Positions 12,070 through 23,301 of a stretch of 64,000 nt of DNA are shown here, in pieces. A program made the position numbers and the translations under genes. The DNA is from Octopus sinensis (Eukaryota). Position 1 is the stretch's first letter; each line of letters starts with the position of its first letter. The stretch covers positions 124,001-188,000 of the forward strand of contig NW_021829832.1 of assembly GCF_006345805.1 (NCBI RefSeq). The letters are read 5' to 3'. The notes below the pieces were generated by a model. The model saw only the letters and a list, made by a program, of their open reading frames with translations. It made no database searches and was not told where the DNA came from.

Positions 12070-14528
12070 TACAAACAAGACAAAAATTACAGATAGCTAA
12101 GTTAGTTAAAGGCCTCACGAGACACCCGACCAGCCGCGCGAATGGCGAAGACGTTCCCTCGGATCACAGCAATCGACAGACGTTCCAGGAGCCAAGAAAA
12201 CTCTCTTGGATCGTGACTAGTCCTTGAAATCCGTCGACCGAGCGAGCGAAGGAAGCGGAGTGTCTTGGGACCGAAGATCCGGAGGACTCCAAGGCAATTG
12301 GAGTAAAGAGCAGCGAGTTGGACAGGTGGCCGTACTTGAGAATCTTTCGCTCCTCGGCCTGCCTGGAAGCGTGCCCAGGATTGGCGGCGGACAGCGCGAG
12401 ATTTCCCAGCGAGAACGTGTCCGAGCAGGTAGAATCCCAAATAAGGGATTTCCCCTGCTCGTAGGGGAAGGTGGACATGCCGTCAGGGCGTTTGCCATCC
12501 CCTCTATCCAATCCAACAGGTTCAAGGATAGACGGGATGCCTGCTGAGGCGAGGGCTCTCTGTACGACTGAGTTGAGTTCACTGTGACGGGGGGCACGAC
12601 CGGCACTCCGCCGGCAAGCGAGGGGATGCAAACCGTACTCGTCAACAGTTCCCCCACAACGGCATTTGTGCGACTGGCAGATTTTCAGCCCGACACGGAG
12701 GGAGATTGCAATTCTTAGGCATTCCTTGTCCAACAGGTTCCCGATGGAAGGGAGAGGGAGAGCCTTTAACCAGACACCGCTGCTTTCACAGCGACCTGCA
12801 CGGAGGCAAGCGACACGGTGTTGATTGGAGACAGGAAGCAGGCCTTCGAAGATTGCCTGACAAGAGATTTCGTCCCATTGGCGCTGTACAGATTGAGAGT
12901 TGGGCAGCTTCGAACCAAACCGAGCCTCCCACCGACCACACGCTGCAGAGTAAACTTCAGACAATTTCCGTTCGGGGAGGTTTCTAAGAACGATGTCTGA
13001 GAGAGTACGAGAAGCGTGATGAGCGGATAGGAATGCCGGGAGGGCAAGATCGGAATAGGATCTCAAGCCAAGGCCACCCCAGCGCACAGGCAGGGATGCC
13101 TGAGTCCAGCCTGGATCGTCGAAAGCCAGATTGCAAAGAGAGCTCGTACCGAGCCTGAGGATATTGTCAAGGTCGGAAAGAAGGTCGCCTCTTTGAAAGC
13201 AGGGTGCACATCTTAGGGTGTAAAGGATCTTAGGGACGGAGAAGTGGTTTCGGAGGAGGAAAAAAGCCACATGAGGCTCGATGACTTTAAGCTTGTCGAT
13301 CATTTTGGATAAGTGGGAAATTTTTCCAGCGAGTGAGCATTCGAGGGCAGAAGGCCCCATGGGGGCACCGAGAATCGTAAGATTTGATTTGTCCGTAATC
13401 CGGACGTCTGAGAGAATGCCTCGGCACGTGGAAATTGAAGCAGTGAAGTCACTCGGATTTAAGGCAATGTTCACGATTTCGGATTTATTGGCGTTTATAG
13501 ATAGGCCGATGTCCGAGAGGGAAGGGAGGATAGAACGAAGGTCGTCGAAAACAGCGTCGGGGGGACCGCAAATGGTTGCGTCATCCAGATACCATATGTT
13601 AACTGGGGATCGAACAGAGTGAGCGATACTGTTAACGCCCAAGGCAAAAAGGACAGGACCCAGGGGATCTCCCTGTTGGACCCCGGTGGCCGAAGAGATG
13701 GGAACATCGTCAAACATGAGGATACTCGGAGAAGCGTATGAGAGATGTACAAGGGGATAAGCGAACGGAACCAGTTCGCGACAGCACTCCAGCAGGTGGT
13801 CACGTCTGATGGAGTTGAAAGCGTTTGAGACGTCTAGTTTGACCATGATAGCCGACTGGGAAGATTCGATGAGTTCACGGAGAGAATGAACGGCCGCTTC
13901 GCAGCCGTTTGGGACACCGACCCCGAGTTGGGCGGGGAGAAACACTTGAGACAAAAGGGGACAATTGCGTGGCACAGAAGTTTGGCAGAGAGCCTCCGAA
14001 AGATATTCCCAACGGCAATGGGTCTCACGCCGTTGTCCTTTTTCCCAAGGGCAGTAAGGTTGGCGGAAAAGAAAATATCACGAGCAAAATCGGGGAGGGA
14101 ACCGGAGATGAAGCGGTTGCACAGGTTGGTAATTGAGCGTAGGAGTTTTCGACCAGCTTCGGCGGTAGTGGGAGACGTCAGGTCTTTCAGATGACCTGGT
14201 CTCAGACCATCTACACCACCACTGCTTCCAGGTGAAAAGTCCCTCAGGGCTTTCAGTACAAGAGTTTCCGAGACAGCAAAAGGATTGAGAGCGAGGGTGT
14301 CAGGGGACGGCTGAGGCCTGAAGTCGCTTGGCTGAGGGGGATGTTTTTCCCTGAGGGAATTCAAAACAGCAGGGGTCGTGGGCAAAAGGGGACTTGTCGA
14401 GGCAACCAGCCTAACTGCACCACGAACGTCGCCGTCCAAGAGTTTACTATTAATCTTTCTGTTGAGGTAGTCGACGTCATTCGCGTGAGAGGACACATTA
14501 TGGGATGGTGAACCAGAGGGAAATTCGG
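12034..14528 (-). mobile_element. Young 5'-truncated CRE-clade non-LTR retrotransposon (RT + CCHC + RLE) with poly(A) tail and TSD
   Basis: QQGDPLGP and WYLDD RT motifs, CRCG..H..AC..H zinc knuckle, KRPDG..WD RLE; 30-nt poly(T) at 12034-12063; direct repeat AGCCTAATTAAC at 12022-12033 and 14529-14540; only two single-base frameshifts. Confidence 0.93.
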
Positions 14529-14544
14529 AGCCTAATTAACTGTT

Positions 14545-14680
14545 GGTGATTCTTGGGTTAAATAAATATCGATCGGGAAGCTCATTTTTAGGAAGACGAA
14601 TGACTACCCAGAAACCAGCTGGCTGTACCAGAGGGTATCCATAGCAGTATTGCGAGGTAACCCGTTCTGATTGATTTCCT
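14545..14680 (+). pseudogene. Old CRE 3'-end remnant
   Basis: Translates SIGKLIFRKTNDYPETSWLYQRVSIAVLRGN, homologous to DPREFSWLLERLSIAVIRGN of the young CRE. Confidence 0.65.
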
Positions 14681-15033
14681 TTCGACAAAATCGTTTTCCT
14701 TTCTATTTACATACTTTTAATTACCCCACATAAAATATAAATCTCTTGGTCTATTGTTCTTCCTCAAACATCGCAAAACCACAAAATAAATTTAACAACC
14801 GACCAGCATACTAACATTCCTCAATAACGCAGAAATGCCACTAATCAATACAAATCGATCACATTTCAAACTTTAATAAACAAACTCTCACAACACCCCT
14901 ATTTAACTGAGCATAACTTAAAACCAAAAATTAACCCAAATCAACCAAATCATTAAACACACCAAGGCGATGTCCCTCCATAGCATAAAACTAAACATTC
15001 AACAGATAAAGCAGATACGTAAATATGTGGATG

Positions 15034-15519
15034 TCAATAATTGACCCAATATTCATATTCGCGGGGTTTGAACACCATAAACTCGACAATCGAAGAAAAC
15101 CCAATCTTCTTGTCCTTCCCACTACTCCTTCCACTGCAATGCTCACATTTCACTCTCGCACATTCGGTGGACTGTTGACACCGACATTGCTCATCCCTCA
15201 CACACTCCAGCACTCGGTTGATCGCCGAATAACAGTATTCCGCGTTTTCACCGTGGAGAAGGTAAATATCCACGTAGGAATAATATGAATTCGTGTAGTC
15301 TTCTGAGTCGGTTTTGGGAAGGCCAGTGGTCACTCTCTGGCACATGGAATTGTCGTAGGAGGGGATTATTGTGGGGTTCACATCGGAAAATACTACCACC
15401 AGCCCACTGTCGTCATCGTCCTCGTAATAATTGGTGATCAAAAGGGAGTCGGAAGAACTCCAGGAAGTAAGGTCTGTATATTCAAATGGTCCGTCGCTTG
15501 AGGAAGAGCTATTAGACAT
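15034..15519 (-). CDS. Hypothetical protein (Ser/acidic N-terminus, Cys-rich C-terminal part)
   Basis: 161-aa ATG-initiated ORF in AT-rich DNA; no family recognised; further exons possible toward 14700. Confidence 0.5.
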   Translation of the reverse strand: MSNSSSSSDGPFEYTDLTSWSSSDSLLITNYYEDDDDSGLVVVFSDVNPTIIPSYDNSMCQRVTTGLPKTDSEDYTNSYYSYVDIYLLHGENAEYCYSAINRVLECVRDEQCRCQQSTECARVKCEHCSGRSSGKDKKIGFSSIVEFMVFKPREYEYWVNY

Positions 15520-15739
15520 GGATATGCTTGTTCGAATGCTTTAACTTGGAATTGACACTCTATAATGTTATTTGTGTTATAAAAGGAACAAACAATGAAA
15601 GCAAACAAGGACATAAGCAATGATGAAATAATTATTTTTATTATAATATAATTAATTTCAAATTAATATATTTATAATTTTTAATGCTATTTTTCACATA
15701 TTATTCTGATATGTAGAAAATGACATTAAACTGTTGAAT

Positions 15740-16840
15740 TACCAGTACTTTCACCTGGACTTTGAGTTCTAAAGTCTGTGCAGGAAACATTATTGTAAAG
15801 CGGAAACATTAGCTTTGTGATTCTTGAAATATTTATACAAAAATATTATCGACTTGTAGAAACATATCTACTCCCTCCTAAACAGACCAGAATCATGTAA
15901 TATTGGGTGGATATCGATTCAAGAAACGTCACTCCCAGCAAATAATTGGGGGAGGAATGATATTGCAATGGAGAAGGCCATTCGGGAATGAGACTCCCCT
16001 CTGCACTGCCTCACACTTGCAAACACTTGGTGGGACAACAACTAACATCAACTACACAACTCTTCGGCGACTTTTCTGGAAAATATTTTCTTGACCTGAT
16101 TATTTGATAAAAAATGTTAATTATTTCAGCAGCCGAATGGAATGGAGATTCGGATGTATTCTGAGATTTTATTAATCGTATATATTTATGACTTTCCAGT
16201 TAATTGTAGTTTTGTGGATTGGAATACTCTCACTTGTGTCAAATAATGAAGAGTCTTGTGAATTCTTGTGGAGCTTAAAACGAGTCGAAGGGCAAGTGGC
16301 TATTAAAAACCACCAACTCAGTGTGGAATGATTACGCAACTTTTAACATATTTTAGAATAATGTTTTAGTTTCATTCTTTTTTTCACGATGGCTGACCCA
16401 TATCCGGGTGTCTGGAATCAACACCCATCGACCACCTCCACTGCGAAACTAATCTTTTCCCGATAGAAGAACATCCAAACATGAGAGGGGCACAATTCCT
16501 ATTCGTTTCGCGTAAATCCTACCACTGCCCTAAAGATACCACTCCACTGATAAATACTAATGACCGTGCACTGAAAAACACGTCCGCTAAACAATACTGA
16601 TGTGAGATCGGGGTTATGCAACAACAACAAAGCACTTTATAAGGACACGCAGATATCCCTCGGCTTTGAGAAAGTGCATATGACGTCATGTGGCTATCCT
16701 ATGGCACTCCCCTCAGAGAACGAGACATTTCAGTTGCGCTACATTTTAAGTCAAATATGTGAAAATAGCATTTTGACAAATCTCTGGCAATGTTGCCTCT
16801 GATAAATAAAATGAAAATAAAGATATAATAAAATATTCAT
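15740..16840 (-). CDS. Possible multi-exon gene for a secreted/membrane protein, loosely CUB-like
   Basis: Hydrophobic start (MNILLYLYF...), long open stretches separated by GT-AG 22-32 nt segments (HDVICTF..LLLHNPDL..CTVISIYQWSG..ELC..GYGSAIV); model not fully resolved. Confidence 0.3.
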
Positions 16841-16885
16841 TATAGAATGTAATAAAAATACTGAATTTATATCTGCACTGTGGAA

Positions 16886-18088
16886 ATGGCCGACGTCGAC
16901 CTGCAGCTCGATAAGATAAACCACATAAAACAGAACAACCAGGCACTCAATCAATCATTTAATCATTCAAGGAAAAACGCAAAACTGTCCGCGACAAAGA
17001 ACTTTCCGACATTCGCAAGGACGTCCCTCAACTCACCAATTACAAACTTTCCCCACGGAAAAAACTATCAGGCCACACCGACAAGGTCTTTGGCTGTACT
17101 TGGTCCCCATTTCCGCGGTAAACTGCCGATTTGACCACAGACGTCTCCTGAGTGCTTCTTTGGATGGAAAGTTGATTGTTTGGGACACATTGACTAAGAA
17201 TAAACTCCATTTTATAGTCCACAACTGCACGTGGATTCTCTGTTGCTCATTCACGCCCAAAACCGAAGACCTCATCTCCTGTGGGGGTCTGGATAATGTC
17301 GTGACAATTTATAAGTGGAGAACTTCTAATGAGTTTAGACTGGACTCGGGGACCGGTCAGTATGTGCAGGTCACCAAGTTTAAGGAACACGTCGGATATA
17401 TTTCCAGTTGTACGTTTCTCAGTCAGGATCAACTGATTTCTACTTCCGGGGACAAATCCTGGTGTTTTGCTCGATTCTTTATTTTAGTATTTTATGGGAT
17501 GTCCAGAAACAGACAGCCGTGACTAAATTCTACGGACACAACCAAGATGTTGTGGATATGTCTTATTTTCCTGGGTCAGACACTTTTTTGACTTCCTCTG
17601 CCGACAATTCAGTCATGGTTTGTTTGGTTTTATCAAGAAAGATGTGGGATTTGAGGACTAAACGTGCAGTCCGGAGCTTCGAGGACCACCAGTCGGACGT
17701 GAACGGAGTCAAAGTTGGATTTTGTTATCCCAATCGTAGTATTTTCCCAATGGAATGGCCTTTGGGACTGTCTCCGATGACCACACTGCAGGATTGTTCG
17801 ACATTCGGGCGGATCAGAGAGTGGCCACTTATTCGATTGGCCAAGACAAGACTTTCACTTGTTTTGATTTCTCCAAGTCTGGGAGAGTTATGTTTGTTGG
17901 TGCTGATGACTGGGTTTGCTATTGTTTTGATGTTCTGCACGAGTCCTTGATTTGTTGTTTTGTGAGTTTGTACTTTAGGCTCGTTGGAAGGAGGGCATCA
18001 GGGGGCTATCAAGCGGGTGGGGGTGTCGCCCGAGGGAGACGCTCTTTTTACTTCCTCGTGTGACAAGATAGTGCGAATATGGAATTAA
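16886..18088 (+). CDS. GNB: Heterotrimeric G-protein beta subunit (WD40), divergent
   Basis: N-terminal coiled coil, KLSGHTDK, LLSASLDGKLIVWD, SCGGLDN, EHVGYISSC, MWDLRT, FDFSKSGR, SCDKIVRIWN stop. Confidence 0.9.
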
Positions 18089-18211
18089 TCGTTTTAATCG
18101 AATTTAAAATAAAAAGGAATCTGATTTACTTCATAGGCATTAATTTAGTCAGAAATGCATTCAAATACCCATAGGGATGAATTTATTGTTTTTTCTAAAA
18201 ATATTGTTGGT

Positions 18212-18527
18212 TCAAACTATTTTGCATTCTGGGATTATTCTCTTGCTCATATATCTCTTGGAAGAGTTCCCTCGGCCGTCTGTTGTGTGTTTAGTAGGAA
18301 TAACCATATTTATTGATGTTGTACCCATACCCGGTGATTATTGCAGATAATACCAGCGGCAACAGGACTGTGAGTAGAATAGGACACAGTGGAATGTCTG
18401 CACGTAGTATGACAGTAGTAAACCTGGTGGAGATTGTGCTTGTGTATAGTCTACAAGTCCTTAGGTAATTTATTACTTTTTTGGCGGAAATTAGAACAAA
18501 AAGTAAAGACAGAGACTGTATAAACAT
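18212..18527 (-). CDS. Small hypothetical protein with signal-peptide-like N-terminus
   Basis: MFIQSLSLLFVLISAKK start; several candidate 25-26 nt GT-AG introns; alternative models give different C-termini. Confidence 0.35.
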
Positions 18528-18699
18528 GATATACGTAATATAAATTATTTACTTTTATATTAACGTCGACTTGGCCGCAGCCAAATGAAGCATAAATTCA
18601 ACAATTTTCATTTTATGCCATTATTTCGGCCAATTAGGCAGTTTTAAATAAAGCAGTAGTTCCAATTACACATTAATATCCTTGAAGAACCTGAATAAT

Positions 18700-20539
18700 C
18701 AATCCTTTTATCACTTAATTCACATTAAATAACCTAATTCTCGAAAACTTGCAAAACGATACAGCTTGTGGCTGTAATTTCACCTTTATTGTGTTGCTTT
18801 CTCAAAAATTGAATGCTCCAGTCTTCCGTTCTGAAAATGATTTTCTGCCATCTTTTTTCCTGCTCACTCCGACCAAAAGTTGTCTTGCCCACAGTTGGCA
18901 TTCCACACTTTTGAGTTGAATTTTTTTACTTTTTCAGTCAGGATTATCCAGAATCCACCCTATCTGCTGACTCAAAGCTAATTATTCCAATCCTTCTCAC
19001 ATGAATCGCTTTGCCTCTGTAGTTTTTTTTTGTTGGCCAAAGATTCCACTTATCGATCTTTTCCTTTACTGACTTTCTGTTTTTTGTCATAAAGGTCCTC
19101 AATTGCGGGTCCGGGTCCTCAATTTCGTCAAACGGCTTGCACGCCTTGTCGTGTAAGAAGAGTGCCGGAGAATTCCCCGTCACACTCATCTGAATGACGT
19201 TGTGAGGAGGGCTCTAGAGTCGGCTGGTTTCCCTTCCACCCTAGAGCCAGTCGGCCTTTCCCGGAGCGACGGCAAGCGTCCCGACGGGATGACGACCTTT
19301 CCTTTTAGGGAAGGCAAGTCCCTGGTTTGGGATGCCACGTGTGTCGACTCTTTTTCGGCGACAATGCTTCCCAGGACTGTCGCAAACCCGGGTTCCGCCA
19401 GTGCGCTGGCTGAAGAGACAAAGAGGACGAAATACCGGTGTATTTCGGACGCTTTTGAGTTTGCCCCCCTCGCCTTCGAAACTCTGGAATCGTCGGAAAG
19501 GCTGCGACTCAACTCCTCACCGCCATTGGTAGAAAAATCTCCACAAAAACAAACGACCGGAGGGAGACGAGCTGGCTGTTCCAGCGAATCTCGGTTGCTG
19601 TGCTCCGCGGAAACTGCCACTCAATACGCAGCGCGGCATCGTTGAGCTGACCCTCAGGCCCTCGACAATTCCCTTAGCCACCCAATTGCTTACTTTTTTC
19701 TTCGATTCATTAATATTATTTCTATTACTGTCATAAAGTCATTTCTCTTGAGCAGCAGTGGGGGGATTGACGGGCTCAAACAATCCATTTCAAAGATGTG
19801 ACCTCGTCTCTCACTGCCGAGGCCGGCAAAATACTCTGCTGACCAATCTTTAACAGCGAATTCCTTACAGAGATATTTGAGTCGGCCAGGAATTGTTGTT
19901 TTAAGCTAATCTTTTGTCCCAAACAACAAATTTTCAAAAAAGAATGAAATGGAACATACGATCCCCCTCCTGTTGGACCCAATTTGATCTAGCTAACTTG
20001 AAAACTCCCTTTCAGGCCTCTCTGGCTATTGGCTCGGTGCTGTCCATTTGGCCTCCACCGAATTTTTCTGGATTTCCCTTCTCTGGGTCTAAATGTGAGC
20101 CTGCCTCATGCTTGTCCTTTCAGAAAAGTTGTCGGCTTTAAGGGACTTCACTTTCTCTCTTGCAAACCGAATGCGGGAAGACATGCCTTATCTAGGATGT
20201 AACCTGCGTTGATTACTTCGAATAAATCTATTTGGACTAACTCTGCCCGCTCCACGTGTCCACATCCGAGCGCTCCAAAAATGAAAATCGCTAAATACTC
20301 GGCAAAGTCTTCTGGTTTACTCCATAGGGATTTTCTTGAAGCAAAGCCTTTTGTGGGTCTCTCATCTCAAAAAGGACAGGCGAACACAGGGACACCATCT
20401 GGTTGTTTAAACGTATGTTCTTAATTATTTTCCGCGGAAATTCCCTAGCAATCCGCATAAATTGTTTAATTACATTATTCTTCGAAAATGAGCTAATACG
20501 AACTAAAAACGGATTTAAAACAATTTTTGTCAGTTTCAA
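18700..20539 (-). CDS. Hypothetical multi-exon gene interrupted in an exon by a CRE fragment
   Basis: Spliced model keeps one frame (..LKTTIPGRLKYLCKEFAVKDWSAEYF..LLKRNDFMT|KNRKSVKEKIDKW..) once 19095-19728 and one TSD copy are removed; GTATGT-donor 54-nt intron at 19906-19959; possible Walker-A-like GMPTVGKT downstream; family not recognised. Confidence 0.5.
19095..19728 (+). mobile_element. 5'-truncated CRE retroelement (RLE end) with 10-bp TSD
   Basis: [42 protein letters not shown]; TGTCATAAAG at 19085-19094 and 19729-19738. Confidence 0.85.
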
Positions 20540-20656
20540 TAGTTATGTTAAGATTTTTGCATTTAGATGCTCATTTTCCTAAAAACAAAAAAAAGAAATC
20601 AAAACAAGTGTTTTCAATAACTTTAATGACTACTGTAATTCAGGTGATTAAAAAAA

Positions 20657-20875
20657 TTATTTATTATCAGAAGTATTCAAATTAATATTTTTATCTTTAA
20701 TATATTTCTAACAATTAGCGACCCAGTTTACCATGACACATTCGTTGTATTTAGCGAACTGTTCAACGCAGGCATCCTCGGGAATTCCCATCAAAAACTT
20801 TTCTTTCAGCCACGTATTAAAACACTTGTCGTAACTCTGCTTCAAGTCATTGCAACGTGGGTCGATGCTGTCCAT
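20657..20875 (-). CDS. TRIAP1: TRIAP1/Mdm35 twin-CX9C mitochondrial lipid-transfer chaperone (two exons; absent from ORF track)
   Basis: MDSIDPRCNDLKQSYDKCFNTWLKEKFLMGIPEDACVEQFAKYNECVM|KYIKDKNINL with a 24-nt intron; matches the family pattern C-x9-C FNxW..KFL C-x9-C. Confidence 0.9.
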
Positions 20876-20999
20876 GATATTTCTAGTTTTTATTTTAATA
20901 ATTTTAGTTTTGTTTAGATAAAGAATAATTATTTAATATTAGATTTTTCTACTACTTTCGAACTTTTAATTTGCCGACAACATTTGCAACAACTAAGGA

Positions 21000-22420
21000 T
21001 TAAAGTTAAGTTAAATTAATAGCACCTCTACTTGCCATAAGCACGTAAGTGCCTAAGGTCGCTCATGCCGTATTCTCAACTATCCTCACAGTCAGTCTTT
21101 TTCATCCAGCCTTGTTGCTCACGCGTTTGCGAATGTCCTCAAGATTGTCACCGGTTTTGAATCAGTCGCCAATTCTCGTGTAATCATCCCTCAGGCAAAG
21201 GCCGACCCCGAAATCAAATTCCGTGAAGTATTCTTCCATGATTTGATAGCAAGGAATCATTTCGTCCATTCTCAGGAAAGTCTCCAGCGTGAAGTACTAA
21301 CTTCCTTACTAATCTGCTTGCATTTACATAATTTGTAGAGAATGTCGTTTTTGATTGTTTGTGGCCATTTGATACCCGCGATTAATCTCAATTGCTTTCT
21401 ATGAAAAACGTCTAGTCCGTTTTCGATGTTCCCCATGTATAATAGGATTGGTAGTACGAACGCATTATACAAGCATGTCCGAAGATTTAGAGAGATCAGT
21501 TTTCCAGATACTCCACATCTTTTTAGTGCATACGAAGCCAACATTTTTCTGCGACTACTACAGCTCTTGGAATCTCCATATCCTCAAATACAAAATGTAT
21601 GTCGTCCGCGTATATTAGTTCCACAAAATGATTATTTAAGTGATGCAATTCCGTTCTGACATCTCTTAAGGCGGCTTCCAAATAGATTACAAAGAGGACT
21701 GGCGAAAGAGAGTCCCCTTGCAGAGTACCAATCCCAGTGGTAAATTTATCCGAATAGTCTCTCCCATTTCACTACGAGGGTCAGCCAGCAGAAAATCAAG
21801 GAGTCTTCAACCCGCAGTAGTTCATCACGGCTGTCAAACGCTTTTGATAGGTCAACTCCCAAAATGTGCATCGCTTTCCTGTACTTCTGACATATGGCAG
21901 TAAGCCACCGATGACTCCATACTATATCAGCGGTTGATCTTCCCGGTCTGAATCCGCTTTTACTTGGCGACAGGTGTTGATCAGCTGATTTTGATATACA
22001 ATTCAATGTTATATCGATCAACTTTCTGCAACGTAATTAAAAGCACGATTGGCCTGAACTTTTAAATTGGACCTGCAGGTTGGCCAAGTTTTTGCAGAGG
22101 AAGTAGAACCCCCATTGCAAGTTCAATGAGTCCTCAATAAAGGTTCTCCTTTTTGCAAGCTTGTTCGGTCCGTATTTCAGCAACTCTCCGCAAATATTAT
22201 CATAACCAGCTGACCCCCGTTTGAGTAAACGCACAGGCATAAACATTTTTGCACCTGAATGTAGCCTCTCCACCTCTATTATAAGCTGGTCCAAAAAGTC
22301 CGACCAGGATTGGACCACATTCCTCTTGATTTCGTGTTGGATTTGGTTCCGCAGTCTTCTTAGTTTGGGTTTCTGTTCAAGACACAGGTCTCCATTTATA
22401 GTCACAAGTCTCGTTGACAG
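21000..22420 (-). mobile_element. Degenerate RTE-like non-LTR retrotransposon
   Basis: GFRPGRST, VDLSKAFDS, LQGDSLSP, LYNAFVLPILLY, SRWRL motifs; multiple frameshifts and deletions. Confidence 0.8.
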
Positions 22421-22702
22421 TTTGTTGACTGTCGAGGTGTAAATTAAAGTTACATTTAATTAAATTTTACATTTCATTTTTTTAACTTGAACCGAATTAA
22501 ATTTGACATTTAATTTGTTTAATTCAGTTTAAGAAAGTATTAATCGTGTTTTATTTAAAGTAATTCATTTGTAGAACGTGGTTTGAGTTTGTGCGCACAA
22601 TTAATTAATTCTGAGTGACATGAACTCTTTTTTATCACACCTAACAAAAAATGGCGCCCTAAGAGGAGCCCGATTTCTTCATAAAACAAATCCCCACCAA
22701 AA

Positions 22703-23301
22703 ATGTGGAATATTCTGAAATCCGTATATCACAAATCATTTTCAAATAAACTGCTAATAACCAACGTTGTCACATACGGGACAATTCAGACTGTCGGAGA
22801 TTCCTTAATTCAGTACTTTTACACATACGATTTTCAAGTCCAACGAAGCAGTATAACTTTATGGTCATTTAGAAAATATGTTCATTATTGGGAGTTTCCT
22901 GGGACTTCTTTCTCATTATTGGTATTTTTATCTCGATTCCGTTATTCCTTTGGTCACCGTCAAAACCGTTTTTAAAAAAATTGCTTACGATCAGATTATT
23001 GGTTCTCCCATTTTGATAACAATTTTTTTCATTGGTTTCTTTCTTTACTAATCCCGACTAGGATTGGGGATGTTGGAGGGAGAGCGGTTGAAGACTATCC
23101 TTGAAGAATTAAGAGTAAAGTTCCTGCCTATTTTACTTGTATTTCCTCGATTGAGTCCTTTAGGCGGATCTTGTTTTTTGGCCTCCGTTGCAATTCATAA
23201 ATTTTTATTTCTTCTCTATTCAATTTAGAGTTTTGTTTATCACTTTTGTCATGACATTTTGGGATGCATTCTTGGCATATATGAAATTCCATTACCACTA
23301 A
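22703..23301 (+). CDS. MPV17/PXMP2-family membrane protein (MPV17L2-like)
   Basis: LLITNVV..GDSLIQ, KKIAYDQIIGSP, ADLVFWPPLQFINFYFLPIQFRVLFI..FWDAFLAYMK. Confidence 0.85.

Noticed and set aside
12217-14194. Many overlapping ORFs on both strands within the CRE
   Set aside because: Shadow ORFs of the GC-richer retroelement coding sequence.
12000-14560. Spliced-leader RNA gene as CRE target
   Set aside because: No repeated SL-like unit or convincing donor plus Sm-site arrangement is visible in the flanks.
19095-19189. N-terminal part of ORF 18944-19189 as host protein
   Set aside because: It is the antisense of the CRE zinc-knuckle region; only the part below 19094 is host exon.
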